64,000 bases of DNA from Eledone cirrhosa (Eukaryota), in NCBI GenBank assembly GCA_964016885.1, contig OZ024764.1, positions 3,472,001 to 3,536,000 of the forward strand, written 5' to 3'. The notes under the pieces are model-generated. The model was given only the letters and a program-made list of their open reading frames with translations, did not search any database and had not been told where the DNA came from. The position numbers were made by a program, and so were the translations under genes. Each line of letters begins with the position of its first letter. Position 1 is the stretch's first letter. Of this stretch, positions 43,868-57,728 are shown piece by piece.

Positions 43868-44505
43868 GTCAGGTCACCAGTTGGTGCTACTGGTAACATG
43901 TATCCCAGTACAACCTGTCTCATGGTCGGGTCGTTGGCGACTAAACTGGCAACCCCACCAAGGTTTCTTGGTGAGGAGGGTGACTTTGGACATCCTGCAG
44001 GACTAAAAACAAAACCTGTCAAAGGGCAAAGGAGCTCTTAAGAGTCAATGGCCATCCAAAATCACCGGGAGAGATGACCCCTTTAGCCTTAGTCAAGGCA
44101 GAATTCTAGGAGAAGGAAAACTCTGATATAACACCTGCAACCCTGATGGTATCCAATGATGTTGACTTGTTCTTCTTTTTGGTAAATAGCATCTTGGTTA
44201 AGAGAGTGGGACTGGCTTTGTGCAGTGCCTTTGCTCACTATAAAAGCTTCACGGCACAGGCATTGCTTTATATCTGGAGATCTCTCTGCACTTGTCCTCA
44301 CATGGGCCCAGCACTATGTGTCAATAATTGTCCTACCATGGGCCTAGCACTATGTGTCAATAATTGTCACAGGTGTAGTGTTTGTACCAGAGGTTTCAAG
44401 TCGCTGGCTGGACTAAAAAGTCACACTCGTTCAGCGCTTCGGTAGGGGTTATCCTACATGGATGTAAAGTAGTGGCCGTACTCGAAAACGAGTTGGCAGC
44501 CACCA
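43868..44505 (+). mobile_element. Longest copy of the non-autonomous RTE-derived element
   Basis: 5'-UTR-like segment (..ctaggagaaggaaaactctga..) joined to [20 protein letters not shown] and a 3' end running into (ATGT)n. Confidence 0.8.
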
Positions 44506-44605
44506 TGTATGTATGTATGTGTGTATGTATGTATGTATGTGTGTATATGTATGTATGTGTGTATGTATGTATGTATGTGTGTATATGTATGTGTGTATAT
44601 GTATG

Positions 44606-44636
<31 letters not shown>

Positions 44637-44691
44637 GTTTATATATATATATGTATATATATATATATGTGTATATATATATGTATATATG

Positions 44692-44722
<31 letters not shown>

Positions 44723-44795
44723 GTATATATATGTGTATGTATATATATATGTATATATATATATGTGTATGTATATATATGTATGTGTATATATG

Positions 44796-44826
<31 letters not shown>

Positions 44827-44915
44827 GTATATATATATGTGTATATATATGTATATATATGTATATATATGTATATATGTGTGTATATGTGTATATATAT
44901 GTATGTATATGTGTG

Positions 44916-44947
<32 letters not shown>

Positions 44948-45142
44948 TGTATATATATGTATGTGTATGTATATATATGTATATATATATATGTACATAC
45001 ATATATATGTACATACATACATATATATGTACATACATACATATATATATATACATACATACATATATATATATATACATACATACATACATACATATAT
45101 ATGCATACATACATATATACATACATATATATATATATATAT

Positions 45143-45348
45143 ATAGGAACCAGTAAGACCCCGACGGCTAAGCTCAAGCCGTTTCGACGGCTAATTCAAA
45201 GAGAATTCAAAGAGAATTAGCCGTCGAAACGGCTTGAGCTCAGCCGTCGGGGTCTTACTGGTTCCTATTACCCACTCTACTACCCTAAGTATTGAGTACT
45301 TTGGTGCGTTATGGTCCACCTGGTTCCTTACCACATTTCCTTCGTTAT
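45143..45348. mobile_element. Fold-back element, same family as 19464-19724
   Basis: Inverted arms about 45143-45196/45213-45268; (TA)n on both sides. Confidence 0.75.
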
Positions 45349-45801
45349 ATATATATGGAAAGTTATATTTAAATTGTTGGGTTACAACTAGTAAATATTT
45401 ATAACTGATATAAAAGCACTCAACAAGTATTTGGAGTATATTTACGATATTAAATAAATGTTAATATGATATCCCTGAAATATATATAATGAAATAAATA
45501 TGGTTTTATAAATATAGTTTCCATTTATTTAATATCGTTTATATATATATATATATATAGTATTTACGTATCGAGAAAGAGAGAAAAAGGAGGGATAGGT
45601 GATACATATAGTTATTTGTCAAGTAGCGTATGCCAAAGGTGCTCAATACTAGTGCCGGCAGTATTAAATATTCAAAGTGTTAATATTTAGTGGGCTAGAG
45701 AGTTAGCAGAGCGTAAGCACGTGGGAAAGTGAAAAATCGGAGAATACACCGTTAAAACAGGTTTATTTAAAATATATATATACATACATACATATATATA
45801 T

Positions 45802-45852
<51 letters not shown>

Positions 45853-45895
45853 CATACATATATATACATACATACATATATATATATATACATAC

Positions 45896-45976
<81 letters not shown>

Positions 45977-45980
45977 CATA

Positions 45981-46034
<54 letters not shown>

Positions 46035-46057
46035 CATACATACATATATATATATAT

Positions 46058-46090
<33 letters not shown>

Positions 46091-46130
46091 CATACATACA
46101 TATATATATACATACATACATATATATACA

Positions 46131-46162
<32 letters not shown>

Positions 46163-46875
46163 CATACATATATATATATATATACATACATACATATATA
46201 TATACATACATATATATATACATACATATATATATATATACATACATATATATATATATATACATACATATATATATATATACATACATACGTACATATA
46301 TATATACATACATATATATACATATATACATATGTGTATGTATATATGTATATATATATGTATGTATATGTATATATATATATATGTATATGTATGTATG
46401 TATATGTATATATGTATGTGTATGTATATATATGAATGTATGTGTATGTATGTATGTATATGTATGTATATATATATATGTATATGTATGTATATGTATG
46501 TATGTATATGTATGTATATATGTATATGTATGTATATATATATGTATATGTATGTGTATATGTATATGTATGTATATATATATGTATATGGTATGTATAT
46601 ATATATGTATGTATATGTTTATATATGTTTATGTATATATATATGTATATGTATGTATGTATATATATGTATTTGTATGTGTATATATATATATGTATAT
46701 GTATGTATATATATATATATGTATATGTATGTATATATATATATGTATATGTATGTATATATATGTATATGTATGTATATATATATATGTATATGTATGT
46801 ATATATATATATATATGTATATGTATGTATATATATATATATGTATATGTATGTATATATATATATATATGTATG

Positions 46876-46906
<31 letters not shown>

Positions 46907-47137
46907 ATGTATATATATATATGTATATGTGTATGTATATATATGTATATGTATATGTATGTATATATATATATATATGTATGTATATATATGTATATAT
47001 ATATGTATGTATATATATATATATGTATATGTATGTATGTGTGTATGTATATATATATGTGTATATGTATATATATATATATATATATATGTGTGTATAT
47101 ATATATGTATGTATGTATATGTATATATGTATGTATG

Positions 47138-47168
<31 letters not shown>

Positions 47169-47361
47169 GTATGTATGTATATATATGTATATGTATGTAT
47201 ATATGTATGTATGTATATATATATATATGTATATATATATATGTATGTATATATATATGTATGTATGTATATATGTATGTATGTATGTATATATATATAT
47301 ATATGTATGTATGTATGTATATATATATGTATGTATATATATATGTATGTATGTATGCATA

Positions 47362-47397
<36 letters not shown>

Positions 47398-47854
47398 TGT
47401 ATGTATGTATGTATGTATGTATGTATGTATGTATGTATGTATGTATGTATGTATATATATATATATGTATGTATGTATGCATATATATGTGTGTATATAT
47501 GTATGTATGTATGTATATATATATATGTATGTATATATGTATGTATGTATGTATATATATGTATGTATATATGTATGTATGTATATATATATATATGTAT
47601 GTATGTATGTATATATATATATATCTATGTATGTATGTATATATATATATATGTATATATATATGTATGTATGTATATATATATGTATGTATATATGTAT
47701 ATATATATATGTATGTATATATATATATGTATATATATATGTATGTATGTATATATATATGTATGTATGTATATATATATGTATGTATATATATATATAT
47801 GTATATATATATGTATGAAATATAAGAATCAAAGAACTGTTCAAAACATTATTG

Positions 47855-47901
47855 TGCTTACAGCTGTTTCCTCCAAACCGAGGTTTGGATTCTTCGGAGC
47901 A
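47855..47901 (-). ncRNA. Type I hammerhead, CCGAAGA variant (left arm)
   Basis: Reverse complement of 48678-48724. Confidence 0.7.
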
Positions 47902-48677
47902 ATTTATTAATGCATGGACAGTTATATGACCTCCTTTTCAGCCGAGAGACATACCAACACATATTCAAACATTGATACATATTCAAACATTGTGGGTCAA
48001 CATTCATTACAGAATTTAGAGTGGCAGTACACACTTCGAGATTACAACTATATTAATAGGTACAATCAAAAATCAAAGATATAGGTTAAAGTACAACATG
48101 AAGATAAGTGGTTATATAGTGCAAATGTTATATGTGTGGCACGCATGTGCGTCTTGTTTATATAGTGTGGCAGAGAGATATGTGTGGTAGAGGCACTTAG
48201 GTAGGTAAATAAGAGTGTTAGGTTGGTAGATCTGGTGGCAAAGTCTTTATATGATTGATGTAGTCTGTGTGTGGAGAAATATTATAAATGCTTATAATAT
48301 TTCTCCACACACAGACTACATCAATCATATAAAGACTTTGCCACCAGATCTACCAACCTAACACTCTTATTTACCTACCTAAGTGCCTCTACCACACATA
48401 TCTCTCTGCCACACTATATAAACAAGACGCACATGCGTGCCACACATATAACATTTGCACTATATAACCACTTATCTTCATGTTGTACTTTAACCTATAT
48501 CTTTGATTTTTGATTGTACCTATTAATATAAATGTAATCTCGAAGTGTGTACTGCCACTCTAAATTCTGTAATGAATGTTGACCCACAATGTTTGAATAT
48601 GTATCAATGTTTGAATATGTGTTGGTATGTCTCTCGGCTGAAAAGGAGGTCATATAACTGTCCATGCATTAATAAAT

Positions 48678-48724
48678 TGCTCCGAAGAATCCAAACCTCG
48701 GTTTGGAGGAAACAGCTGTAAGCA
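48678..48724 (+). ncRNA. Type I hammerhead, CCGAAGA variant (right arm)
   Basis: tgct-CCGAAGA-a.tccaaac(ctcg)gtttgga.g-GAAA-cagctg-TA-agca. Confidence 0.7.
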
Positions 48725-49069
48725 CAATAATGTTTTGAACAGTTCTTTGATTCTTATATTTCATATAACTGCTCTGTAAATCATCTGATGTTTTTACATT
48801 GAGCTACTTAACTTACTGGTAATAAGGTAGTAATACATTACTGCCTACCACTATTTAGGGTGTGTGTAAAATACTTACAACTGCTTAAGGTTTTGTGTTT
48901 ACATAACCATAAATAGTATAACTAATACTATATATATGTATGTATATTTATATGTATATATGTATGTATGTATATGTATATATATATATATGTATATATG
49001 TATGTATATATATATATATATATATGTATATATTTATGTATGTATATATATATGTATGTATATATTTAT

Positions 49070-50371
49070 ATAGAGACAACTACTAGACAGCTCACATGTA
49101 GACGTGATATATCTTGACTTTGCGAAGGCCTTTGACAAGGTCGACCACGGAATGATATGTCACAAACTACACGGACTCGGCATAACTGGAAAAGTAGGTG
49201 AGTGGCTGCATGGCTTCCTGAGGGACAGAAGCCAGGCAGTCGCAGCAAATGGGGCCCTCTCGAGGGAAACACCGATAACAAGTTGGGTGCCTCAGGGGAC
49301 AGTCCTGGGACCACTACTGTTTTTGGTGGCTCTCTCGGACATGCCCTCTGTGGTGCATGCAACAACATCCCTCACTAGCTATGCTGATGACACTAAGGTA
49401 GCACAGGCAATCAAAAACCCGGCTGACGCTGCCCTCTTACAGCAGGATCTGGATGCCATATACAGATGGGCGGAAGAAAACAACATGCAGTTTAATGCTG
49501 GCAAATTCCAAGCCCTACAATACAAACCTGCAAACACAAACACAAATATAGCGGAACACAGCTACACAGGACCAGGAGGGACCGATATCCCCGTGTCAAA
49601 ATCGATACGAGACCTGGGCATAGACATGAGCGATGATGCATCTTTTTCTTCACACATCATGAAGGTGGCGACAGCATGTAGACGATTCGCTGGCTGGATC
49701 TTGAGGACTTTCCTTACAAGAGATCGAGACACCATGTTGACACTGTGGAGGACTTTTGTCCTAAGCCGCCTGGACTACTGCTCCCAGCTGTGGTCACCCC
49801 ATAGTGTCAAACTAACCACAGAGCTTGAGGCAATCCAGCGAAGCTACACCAAGAGGATTGCCAAGATGAGGGAGACAAGCTACTGGGAGAGGCTGAAGGA
49901 ACTGAACCTCTACTCCTTGGAGCGAAGACGGGAGAGATACGCAGTGATCTACATGTGGAAAATCCTGGAGGGACTAGCACCAAACTTTGGCATTGGGAGC
50001 TGGACCAACCGTCGAACAGGACGTCACTGTGTGGTGCCAAAGGTCCCGTCTTCCACATCTAGAATAAGGAGCAGGTATTGCAATAGCCTGGGATTCAAGG
50101 GCCCTCAACTCTTCAACAGGCTGCCGAGGCATCTGCGAGACTTGCATGACGTGGAGGTGGATGTCTTTAAGAAACATCTCGACACCTTGTTATCCAGGAT
50201 CCCGGATGAGCCCACAGCAAGACACGAGGGAAACCTAAGGGCAGCAGCAACAAACTCCCTCCTACACCAGTGGCCAACCTATACAGGCTGGAGATAAAAT
50301 GTGTAGCAACAAGGGCGGTGCCCCAGCATGGCCTCAGCCGGATGGCTGAAACAGGTAAAAGAGTAAAAGAG
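49070..50371 (+). mobile_element. 5'-truncated CR1-type LINE (RT C-terminal part plus 3' UTR)
   Basis: DVIYLDFAKAFDKVDH, VPQGTVLGPLLF, YADD, RDLG, SRLDYCSQLWSP, YSLERRR; 3' hairpin tcagcc/ggctga and (GTAAAAGA)2 tail. Confidence 0.9.
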
Positions 50372-50782
50372 AATATATATATATGTATATATTTATGTAC
50401 GTATATATATGTATGTATGTATGTATATATATATATGTGTGTATATATATATATATATGTATGTGTATATATGTATGTATATATGTGTATATATGTATAT
50501 ATATACATATATGTATATATATATATGTATGTATGTGTGTGTATATATGTATATATATATATATGTATGTATGTATATGTATATATATGTATATGTATGT
50601 ATATATATGTATATATATATATATGTATGTATATATATGTATATATATATATATGTATGTATATATATGTATATATATATATATATGTATGTATATATAT
50701 GTATATATATATATATATATGTATGTATATGTATATATATATGTATATATATATGTATGTATATATGTATGTATATATATAT

Positions 50783-51240
50783 GTCAAAGAGCAAAGGAAC
50801 TCTTAAGAGTCAATGGCCATCCAAAATCACCGGGAGAGATGACCCCTTAGCCTTTGTCAAGGCAGAATTCTAGGAGAAGGAAAACTCTGATATAACACCT
50901 GCAACCCTGATGGTATCCAATGAGGTTGACTTGTTCTTCTTTTTGGTAAATATCATCTTGGTTAAGAGAGTGGGACTGGCTTTGTGCAGTGCCTTTGCTC
51001 ACTATAAAAGCTTCACGGCACAGGCATTGCTTTATATCTGGAGATCTCTCTGCACTTGTCGTCACATGGTACCATGGGCCCAGCACTATGTCAATAATTG
51101 TCACAAGTGTAGTGTTTGTACCAAAGTTTTCAAGTCGCTGGCCGGACTGAAAAGTCACACTCGTTCAGCGCATCGGTAGGGGTTCTCCTACATGGATATA
51201 AAGTAGTGGCCGTACTCGAAAACGAGTTGGCAGCCACCAT
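50783..51240 (+). mobile_element. Non-autonomous RTE-derived element
   Basis: Near-identical to 3189-3599 (reverse) and 44017-44505. Confidence 0.8.
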
Positions 51241-51261
51241 ATATATATATATATGTGTATA

Positions 51262-52239
51262 CGAGGGGGGATCAAAAAGTTCGCGCAATTTTATCGTAGC
51301 AACAAAAAAATCAGGTTAAAACAATATTAAACATGTCAGAACATTGTCACTGGGTGTTTACCTTGCTATTAGTCACTTGCAGTCAGTTATGCGCGGACTA
51401 TTGTACAGTACTGACACTCTTTAAAAAACCTCTTTTTTATGGTTCGGCAAATTCAATTCTGCACGATAATTTGGGACTAAGCCGTTGCGCCCTGATCAGC
51501 TGATTTTTCGAAGTGATCTGTCTTTGGCGATATTAAACAAAATTGAAGTTGATGAAGAGCATTTCCTGACCAGAATCATCACTGGAGATGAAACCTGGAT
51601 CTACCAGTATGATCCTGAATCCAAACAGCAGTCAAAACAGTGGCTTCTACGTGGATCATCGGGGCCAATCAAGTTCAAATCTCAAAAGTCGGATCAAAAA
51701 GTGATAGCCACCATTTTCTGGGATTCAGATGGGGTGATACTAATAGATTATCTTGAAGGTCAAAGAACTGTGACAGGAGCTTACTATGCAAATGTTTTAA
51801 GGAAGCTGAAAGAGGCATTAGTCAAAAAACGAAAAGGGAAACTTCATGGTGGGATCTTGCTTCACCATGACAATGCACCAGCGCATTCTGCGTGAGTTGC
51901 AAAAGAAGTTCTTCGAGAATTTCGATGGGAAGTTCTTCCTCACCCACCTTATAGTCCAGATTTAGCCCCATCAGAGTTTTTCCTCTTTCCAAAACTCAAA
52001 GAAATGCTAAAAGGACCCCGTTTTAGTGGTGTTGAAGAAGTTAAAAACACTGCCAACACATGGCTTCGAACAAGGCCTTCAACTTTCTTTAGAGACGGCT
52101 TACGAAGCTGGAAGCATCGCCTTGTGAAGTGTATTGACCCGGATAGCAACTATGTAGAAAAATAAATTGAAGGTAAATCATATTTTTGAAAAATAGATTA
52201 TTTTCTGAAAAATTCTGCAAACTTTTTGATCCCCCCTCA
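51262..52239 (+). mobile_element. Internally deleted mariner transposon
   Basis: TIRs CGAGGGGGGATCAAAAAGTT flanked by TA; ITGDETW, HHDNAPAH, HPPYSPDLAPS motifs; premature stop. Confidence 0.92.
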
Positions 52240-52279
52240 TATATATATATATCTATATATCTATATATCTATATATATA

Positions 52280-52345
<66 letters not shown>

Positions 52346-52347
<2 letters not shown>

Positions 52348-52608
52348 GGCGCATGACTTAGTGGTTAGAGCATTGGGCTTGCAATCGAAAGGTTGTGAGT
52401 TCAATTCTCGGACCGGGTGATGTGTTGTTTCCTTGAGCAAGACACTTTATTTCACATTGCTCCAGTTTACTCAGCTGTAGAAATGAGTACCGGCCTGCCA
52501 GCCCAGCCAGTGGGATGGCGTTATCTTATGGCTAAAACACACAACGTGCTGTGACCAGCGGCGCCAGTTGGCGCCCGACAGACTGGTCGGTCAAGGTGAT
52601 CAAGGTGA
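52346..52608 (+). mobile_element. CORE-type SINE with an alternative tail
   Basis: Same head and CORE as 29910, diverging after aaatgag. Confidence 0.75.
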
Positions 52609-52749
52609 TATATATATATAGTAAGGTGTATTATTGGTTGTGTCATACGGTCCAATAAACTTTTGTTAGCAATATTAAGTTCTCCACGCTTTTGTATATC
52701 GCCAATTCCATTTATGGGAACAGCTAGATGATGTAAAATGGGGTATTTG

Positions 52750-53556
52750 TATCAAAATAAAGATCCGAAGGCATGGTATAAATTTCCAATCATTTTAATC
52801 ACGACACATGTTTCAATAAGAGATAGATCCCGTCGGTGTGTGTGTACTCACTCACACTAATTGTGACCTACTGAAATTCTACAGATTTGATGTTGAGATT
52901 AGACCTGTCCAGTGTCTTTTACAGCTATTGAGAGATAGAGACTTGATAGATTTATGACCCTGACTGAAGACAATAGCAGTCGGTGTATTTCGGCTGCTGA
53001 TTCTTCATATCATCATCATCATCATCATCATTTCATTTTACGTCCGTTTTTCCCTGCTTGCAAGGGTGAGACGGGAACTGATTCTGGCTTGATTTCTACA
53101 GCTGGATGCCCTTCCTAACACCAACCTCATTTACAGTGAGTGCTGGGTGCTTTTTTGCCGTGGCACCTCCACGACCACTTTGCAGTGGAATGATAGGGAC
53201 CCCAGTCCCTATCATCTCATTTCTACAGCTGAGTAAACTGGAGCAATGTGAAATAAAGTGTCTTGCTCAAGGAAACAACACATAACCCGGTCTGAGAATT
53301 GAACTCACAACCTTTCGATTGCAAGGCCAATGCTCTAACCACTAAGCCATGTGCCTTCATATGGGGAACAAAACTCTAGTGAGTGAACATCGTTAGTTTT
53401 TCCTCCCTCATATCAGAGATTTGAAGACAATTCATTATTCAGCTGATGAGATCAGTGATAATCGATCATGACCACACGATCGATCTATCTCTTATTGAAA
53501 CATGTGTCGTGATTAAAATGATTGGAAATTTATACCATGCCTTCGGATCTTTATTT

Positions 53557-53561
<5 letters not shown>
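52750..53561 (+). mobile_element. Element with an 80-bp inverted copy of its 3' end and a degenerate hammerhead (53443-53508), interrupted by a CORE-SINE (53007-53358, minus)
   Basis: 52750-52829 is inverted at 53482-53561, then (TA)n; CTGATGA..atcgatc/gatcgat..GAAA-catgtg-TC, with imperfect stem I. Confidence 0.6.
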
Positions 53562-53591
<30 letters not shown>

Positions 53592-53789
53592 TATGTACAC
53601 GTACATACATATATGTATACAGACGTACAGTAGTATGTATATATACATACATGCACACATATATATATGTACGTATGGATTCACCGAACATTTATTATAA
53701 TGCTCGGTGTGTTTGTAAACAAACATCCCGTATTAAGCCGTAGTGTCTAGCAACCATCATTGCTCGTTTGTTCAACACTGACAAAGGAA

Positions 53790-53830
53790 CGCTGTACTAG
53801 TTTCAAGCTTATTAGCTATCGTCAGCAACG
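53790..53830 (-). ncRNA. Minimal type I hammerhead ribozyme within fold-back 53588-53942
   Basis: Minus strand: cgttg-CTGACGA-t.agct(aata)agct.t-GAAA-ctag-TA-cagcg; arms 53588-53681/53845-53942. Confidence 0.8.
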
Positions 53831-54181
53831 TATACCTTCCTGCCAATCCATACATACATATATATATGTGTGCATGTATGTATATATATATACATACTAC
53901 TGTACGTCTGTATACATATATGTATGTACGTGTACATACTTATATTTAAGTAACAGCCGTACTAAGAGTGGGAAATTAAATTTCGTTTCATTTTTTCCGT
54001 ATATATATATATACACAGTTCAAGAGTAACCAATCTTAAAGAGAGAGATGGAGATATGAGAGGAGAGATTGGTGAGTTAGTTAGAAGCCAAAGCGTAAAG
54101 GCATGTGCTCAATGTGCGATATGCAGTAGAAAGCAGCTAGGTGGCTGGGTTCATGCAGAAGTTAGGTGCGCAGAGCTGGAA

Positions 54182-54591
54182 ATATTCATTAGTTAAGCAA
54201 AACAAGACCACAAACTTCACAAGGAAGACATTATTAAAAGATTGTCAACATATTTTAGTTTGATGTAAGGAATGTAGAGAATAATAATAATAATATGTTA
54301 ATTATTTTCAACTGAACCAGATCAATTATGATATATAGTCATCTGATCCAGAAATATTATATGGAGTAGCGAAACAATTGTAAATGGACATTATTATTGG
54401 GGTCGATAAAATAAAGTACCAGTAATAGACTGGGATAATTGCTGGCCTTGTGCCAAAAGTAGAAACAATTATTATTAATATTATTATTATTATTCTCTAC
54501 ATTCCTTACATCAAACTAAAATATGTTGACAATCTTTTAATAATGTCTTCCTTGTGAAGTTTGTGGTCGTGTTTTGCTTAACTAATGAATA
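54182..54591. repeat. Fold-back with ~113-bp arms, a hammerhead 3' half (GAAACAATTGTA, 54371-54382) and a SINE fragment
   Basis: 54182-54294 is inverted at 54479-54591, then (TA)n. Confidence 0.75.
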
Positions 54592-54968
54592 TATATATAT
54601 ATATATATATATATACCCCAGGTTGCATTTGAAAAATTTTCGAGTGTATGCTTAATAGTATATTTGTGTATGCTCTCTTGTATGAGTGCACATGCGTATA
54701 TAGACATACACACGCATCGAGAGGTATACAAGTGTGGGTGGGTGCTTGTACCTATATATGTCTGTACTAAGGGATTCACCTAAGCTCCAAAGCCCCTAAC
54801 CTATTGCTGTGAAGATATATATCACACTCTACCTTTGTCTAGTCTAAACAATAACTTTTCCAAACACCCACTTTACTTTTCTTTAAAAATAACACCCACC
54901 TCGTTTTATGTCTGCCTTATACTTGGATTTGGAGGCCTCTGTTGTATAGATATACGCACTTGTGTGTA

Positions 54969-55712
54969 CATCATCATCATCATCAGTGTTTAACGTCCAT
55001 GTTCCATGCTTGCATGGGTTTGGACGGGGGTTTTCCCACTTGAGGCAAGATTGGTTGTCTTGCTCGCATAGGACTGTCTGGCGGGTTTTCTACAGCTGGA
55101 TGCCCTTCTTAACACCAACCACGTTTACAGTGTGGGGCTGGGAGGTTTTTACCGTGTTGCCTACACGGCCACATTACAGCGTGGACTGTCTGGCGTGTTT
55201 TCTACAGCTGGATGCCCTTCCTAACACCAACCACGTTTACAGTGTGGGGCTGGGAGGTTTTTACCGTGTTGCCTACACGGCTACATTACAGCGTGGACTG
55301 TCTGGCAGGTTTTCTACGGCTGGATGCCCTTCCTAACACCAACCACATTTACAGTGTGGAACTGGGAGGTTTTTACCGTGTTACCTACATGGCCACATTA
55401 CAGCGTGGACTGTCTGGCGGGTTTTCTACAGCTGGATGCCCTTCCTAACACCAACCACGTTTACAGTGTGGGGCTGGGAGGTTTTTACCGTGTTACCTAC
55501 ATGGCCACATTACAGCGTGGACTGTCTGGCGGGTTTTCTACAGCTGGATGCCCTTCCTAACACCAACCACGTTTACAGTGTGGGGCTGGGAGGTTTTTAC
55601 CGTGTTGCCTACACGGCCACATTACAGCGTGGACTGTGTGTTTTTTTGTCGTGACACCTACACAACGTCATTTGTTTCGGGCTGGATGTTGTGGTACCAA
55701 CATAACTTTACA
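54969..55712 (-). mobile_element. RTE 3' UTR with five 112-bp tandem units
   Basis: ORF-track repeats at 55212/55324/55436/55548 show the 112-bp period. Confidence 0.85.
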
Positions 55713-55739
55713 TACATATATATATACACATCTGTATGG

Positions 55740-56040
55740 ATTTGTATGTGTGGATGTGTGTGTGTGTCTGTGGGGGTGGGTGTGAGTGTATGTGCAATCA
55801 ACCAACATAAGTCTTTTTATATGCAAACCTTCTAAGTATTTGACTCTAACCATAATTTTCAGTATTACCACCCCACATAAATTCCCCGAATTTGTATGTG
55901 TGGATGTGTGTGTGTGTCTGTGGGGGTGGGTGTGAGTGTATGTACAAGTCAACCAACGTAAGTCTTTTTATATGCAAACCTTCTAAGTATTTGACTCTAA
56001 CCATAATTTTCAGTAGTACCACCCCACATAAATTCCTCAA
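55740..56040. repeat. ~150-bp direct tandem duplication
   Basis: atttgtatgtgtggatg..ccccacataaattcc occurs twice. Confidence 0.85.
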
Positions 56041-56127
56041 TTTAAGAATGACCTGTCGTATCATAGATTATGAGTTCATGCAATTGACTTATGTTTCGTC
56101 ACTATATATATATATATATATATATAT

Positions 56128-56333
56128 AACAAAGGAATTGTGGTAAAGAAACAGATGGACCATAACGCACCAGAGTACTCAATACTTAAGGAAGTAGAGT
56201 GGGTAATAGGAAAAAGTATGAACCTGAGAGCAGAGCTCAAGCCGTTTCGACGGCTATTTCTGCACGGAAATAGCCGTCGAAAATAGCCATCGACACGGCT
56301 TGAGCTCTGCCATCGCGGTCATACTTTCTCCTA
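56128..56333. mobile_element. Fold-back element, same family as 19464-19724
   Basis: Diverged copy with an inversion near the agccgtcgaaacggct hairpin. Confidence 0.7.
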
Positions 56334-56346
56334 TATATATATATAT

Positions 56347-56650
56347 CTAAGGCGGGTAAAATTCCCGAGATCCATGGACGAGTTCTCTCCAGCGGTCTCT
56401 GTCCCTCATTATCGCTGCCATATCCTGCGTCTCCAACAGACCAGTGTCTGTCCTTAGGGCATCAACATATGTTAACCTTGGTCTTCCTCTTCTAGTGTGT
56501 CCATGTAGGGGCTCCCAAAGGAGCACTGAGTGCAGTGTCAACTCTGGATGTCGGTGAGCATGTCCAGCCAACCTCAGTCTCCTCTGTGTCACTTTTGAGA
56601 TGACTTTTGGGATGCTCCCAGACAGCTCTGAGTTTTTCATCCTCAGTGTA
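56347..56650 (-). mobile_element. RTE-like LINE 3' fragment
   Basis: RRLRLAGH..LLWEP..GRPRLTYVD..DRDRWR. Confidence 0.8.
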
Positions 56651-56929
56651 TACTGATTAATATATATATATATATATTCATTTATCTATCTATCTATTTC
56701 TACCGATTTATCTACCTATATATCGTCAGTCGATCGACTTTCGTCAAATCAGACCGAAGAAACAATGTTTCCGTTGGTCTTTCCAATTGCTAATACTATC
56801 TATCGGTCGCAACTCCAGGTAGAAGGAGCAACGTGAAATAAAGTGTCTTGCTCAAGGACATAATGCATCACCCGGTCCGAGAATCGGAATCGAAATATAT
56901 CTAAATATATATATATATATATATATATA

Positions 56930-57209
56930 TAATTCTCAGACCGGGTGATGTGATGTTTCCTTGAGCAAGACACTTTATTTCACATTGCTCCAGTTTACTC
57001 AGCTGTAGAAATGAGATGATAGGGACTGGGGTCCCTATCATTCCACTGCAAAGTGGTCGTGGAGGTGCCACGGCAAAAAAGCACCCAGCACTCACTGTAA
57101 ATGAGGTTGGTGTTAGGAAGGGCATCCAGCTGTAGAAATCAAGCCAGAATCAGTTCCCGTCCCACCCTTGCAAGCAGGGAAAAGCGGACGTAAAATGATG
57201 ATGATGATG
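56930..57209 (+). mobile_element. 5'-truncated CORE-type SINE
   Basis: Matches 29965-30240. Confidence 0.8.
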
Positions 57210-57561
57210 TACGCACACACATATGTAGACACATATATAGACACATACACACATGTATATACACACACACATATATATATAAATATATACACACACACAT
57301 ATATATATATATACAGAGACACACAGATATATACACACCTATGTACTATACATACACTTTTGATGAGTTGTAGTGCACCTGAGCACTGTACACAAGATTT
57401 TCATTATTATTTTTTTCATTATCATTATTATACACATACATATATATACACACACACACACACATACATATATACACACACACAATCATATTTAGATATA
57501 CACACACACACATATATACATACACACACATACATATATATATATATACACACACACAGAC

Positions 57562-57604
<43 letters not shown>

Positions 57605-57621
57605 TATATATATAAACACAC

Positions 57622-57662
<41 letters not shown>

Positions 57663-57728
57663 GACACGTATGTATATATATATATACACACACAGACATG
57701 TATATATATATATATATACACATACACA

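Larger units (their letters stand above)
47814..48765. repeat. Near-perfect palindrome: 474-bp arms, 4-nt spacer (48288-48291)
   Basis: Paired coordinates sum to 96579 at every point checked; only a 2-nt mismatch seen; the right arm continues about 165 bp to a TA-rich microsatellite. Confidence 0.95.

Noticed and set aside
43868-43950. HDV-like ribozyme at the 5' end of the RTE-derived element (ccagt/actgg, gtcg/cgac, CTAA)
   Set aside because: RTE 5' ends can carry such ribozymes, but I could not build a consistent P1/P1.1/P3 nested pseudoknot by hand; needs a descriptor search
56680-56735. Minus-strand CTGACGA..GAAA
   Set aside because: Stems I and II do not pair convincingly
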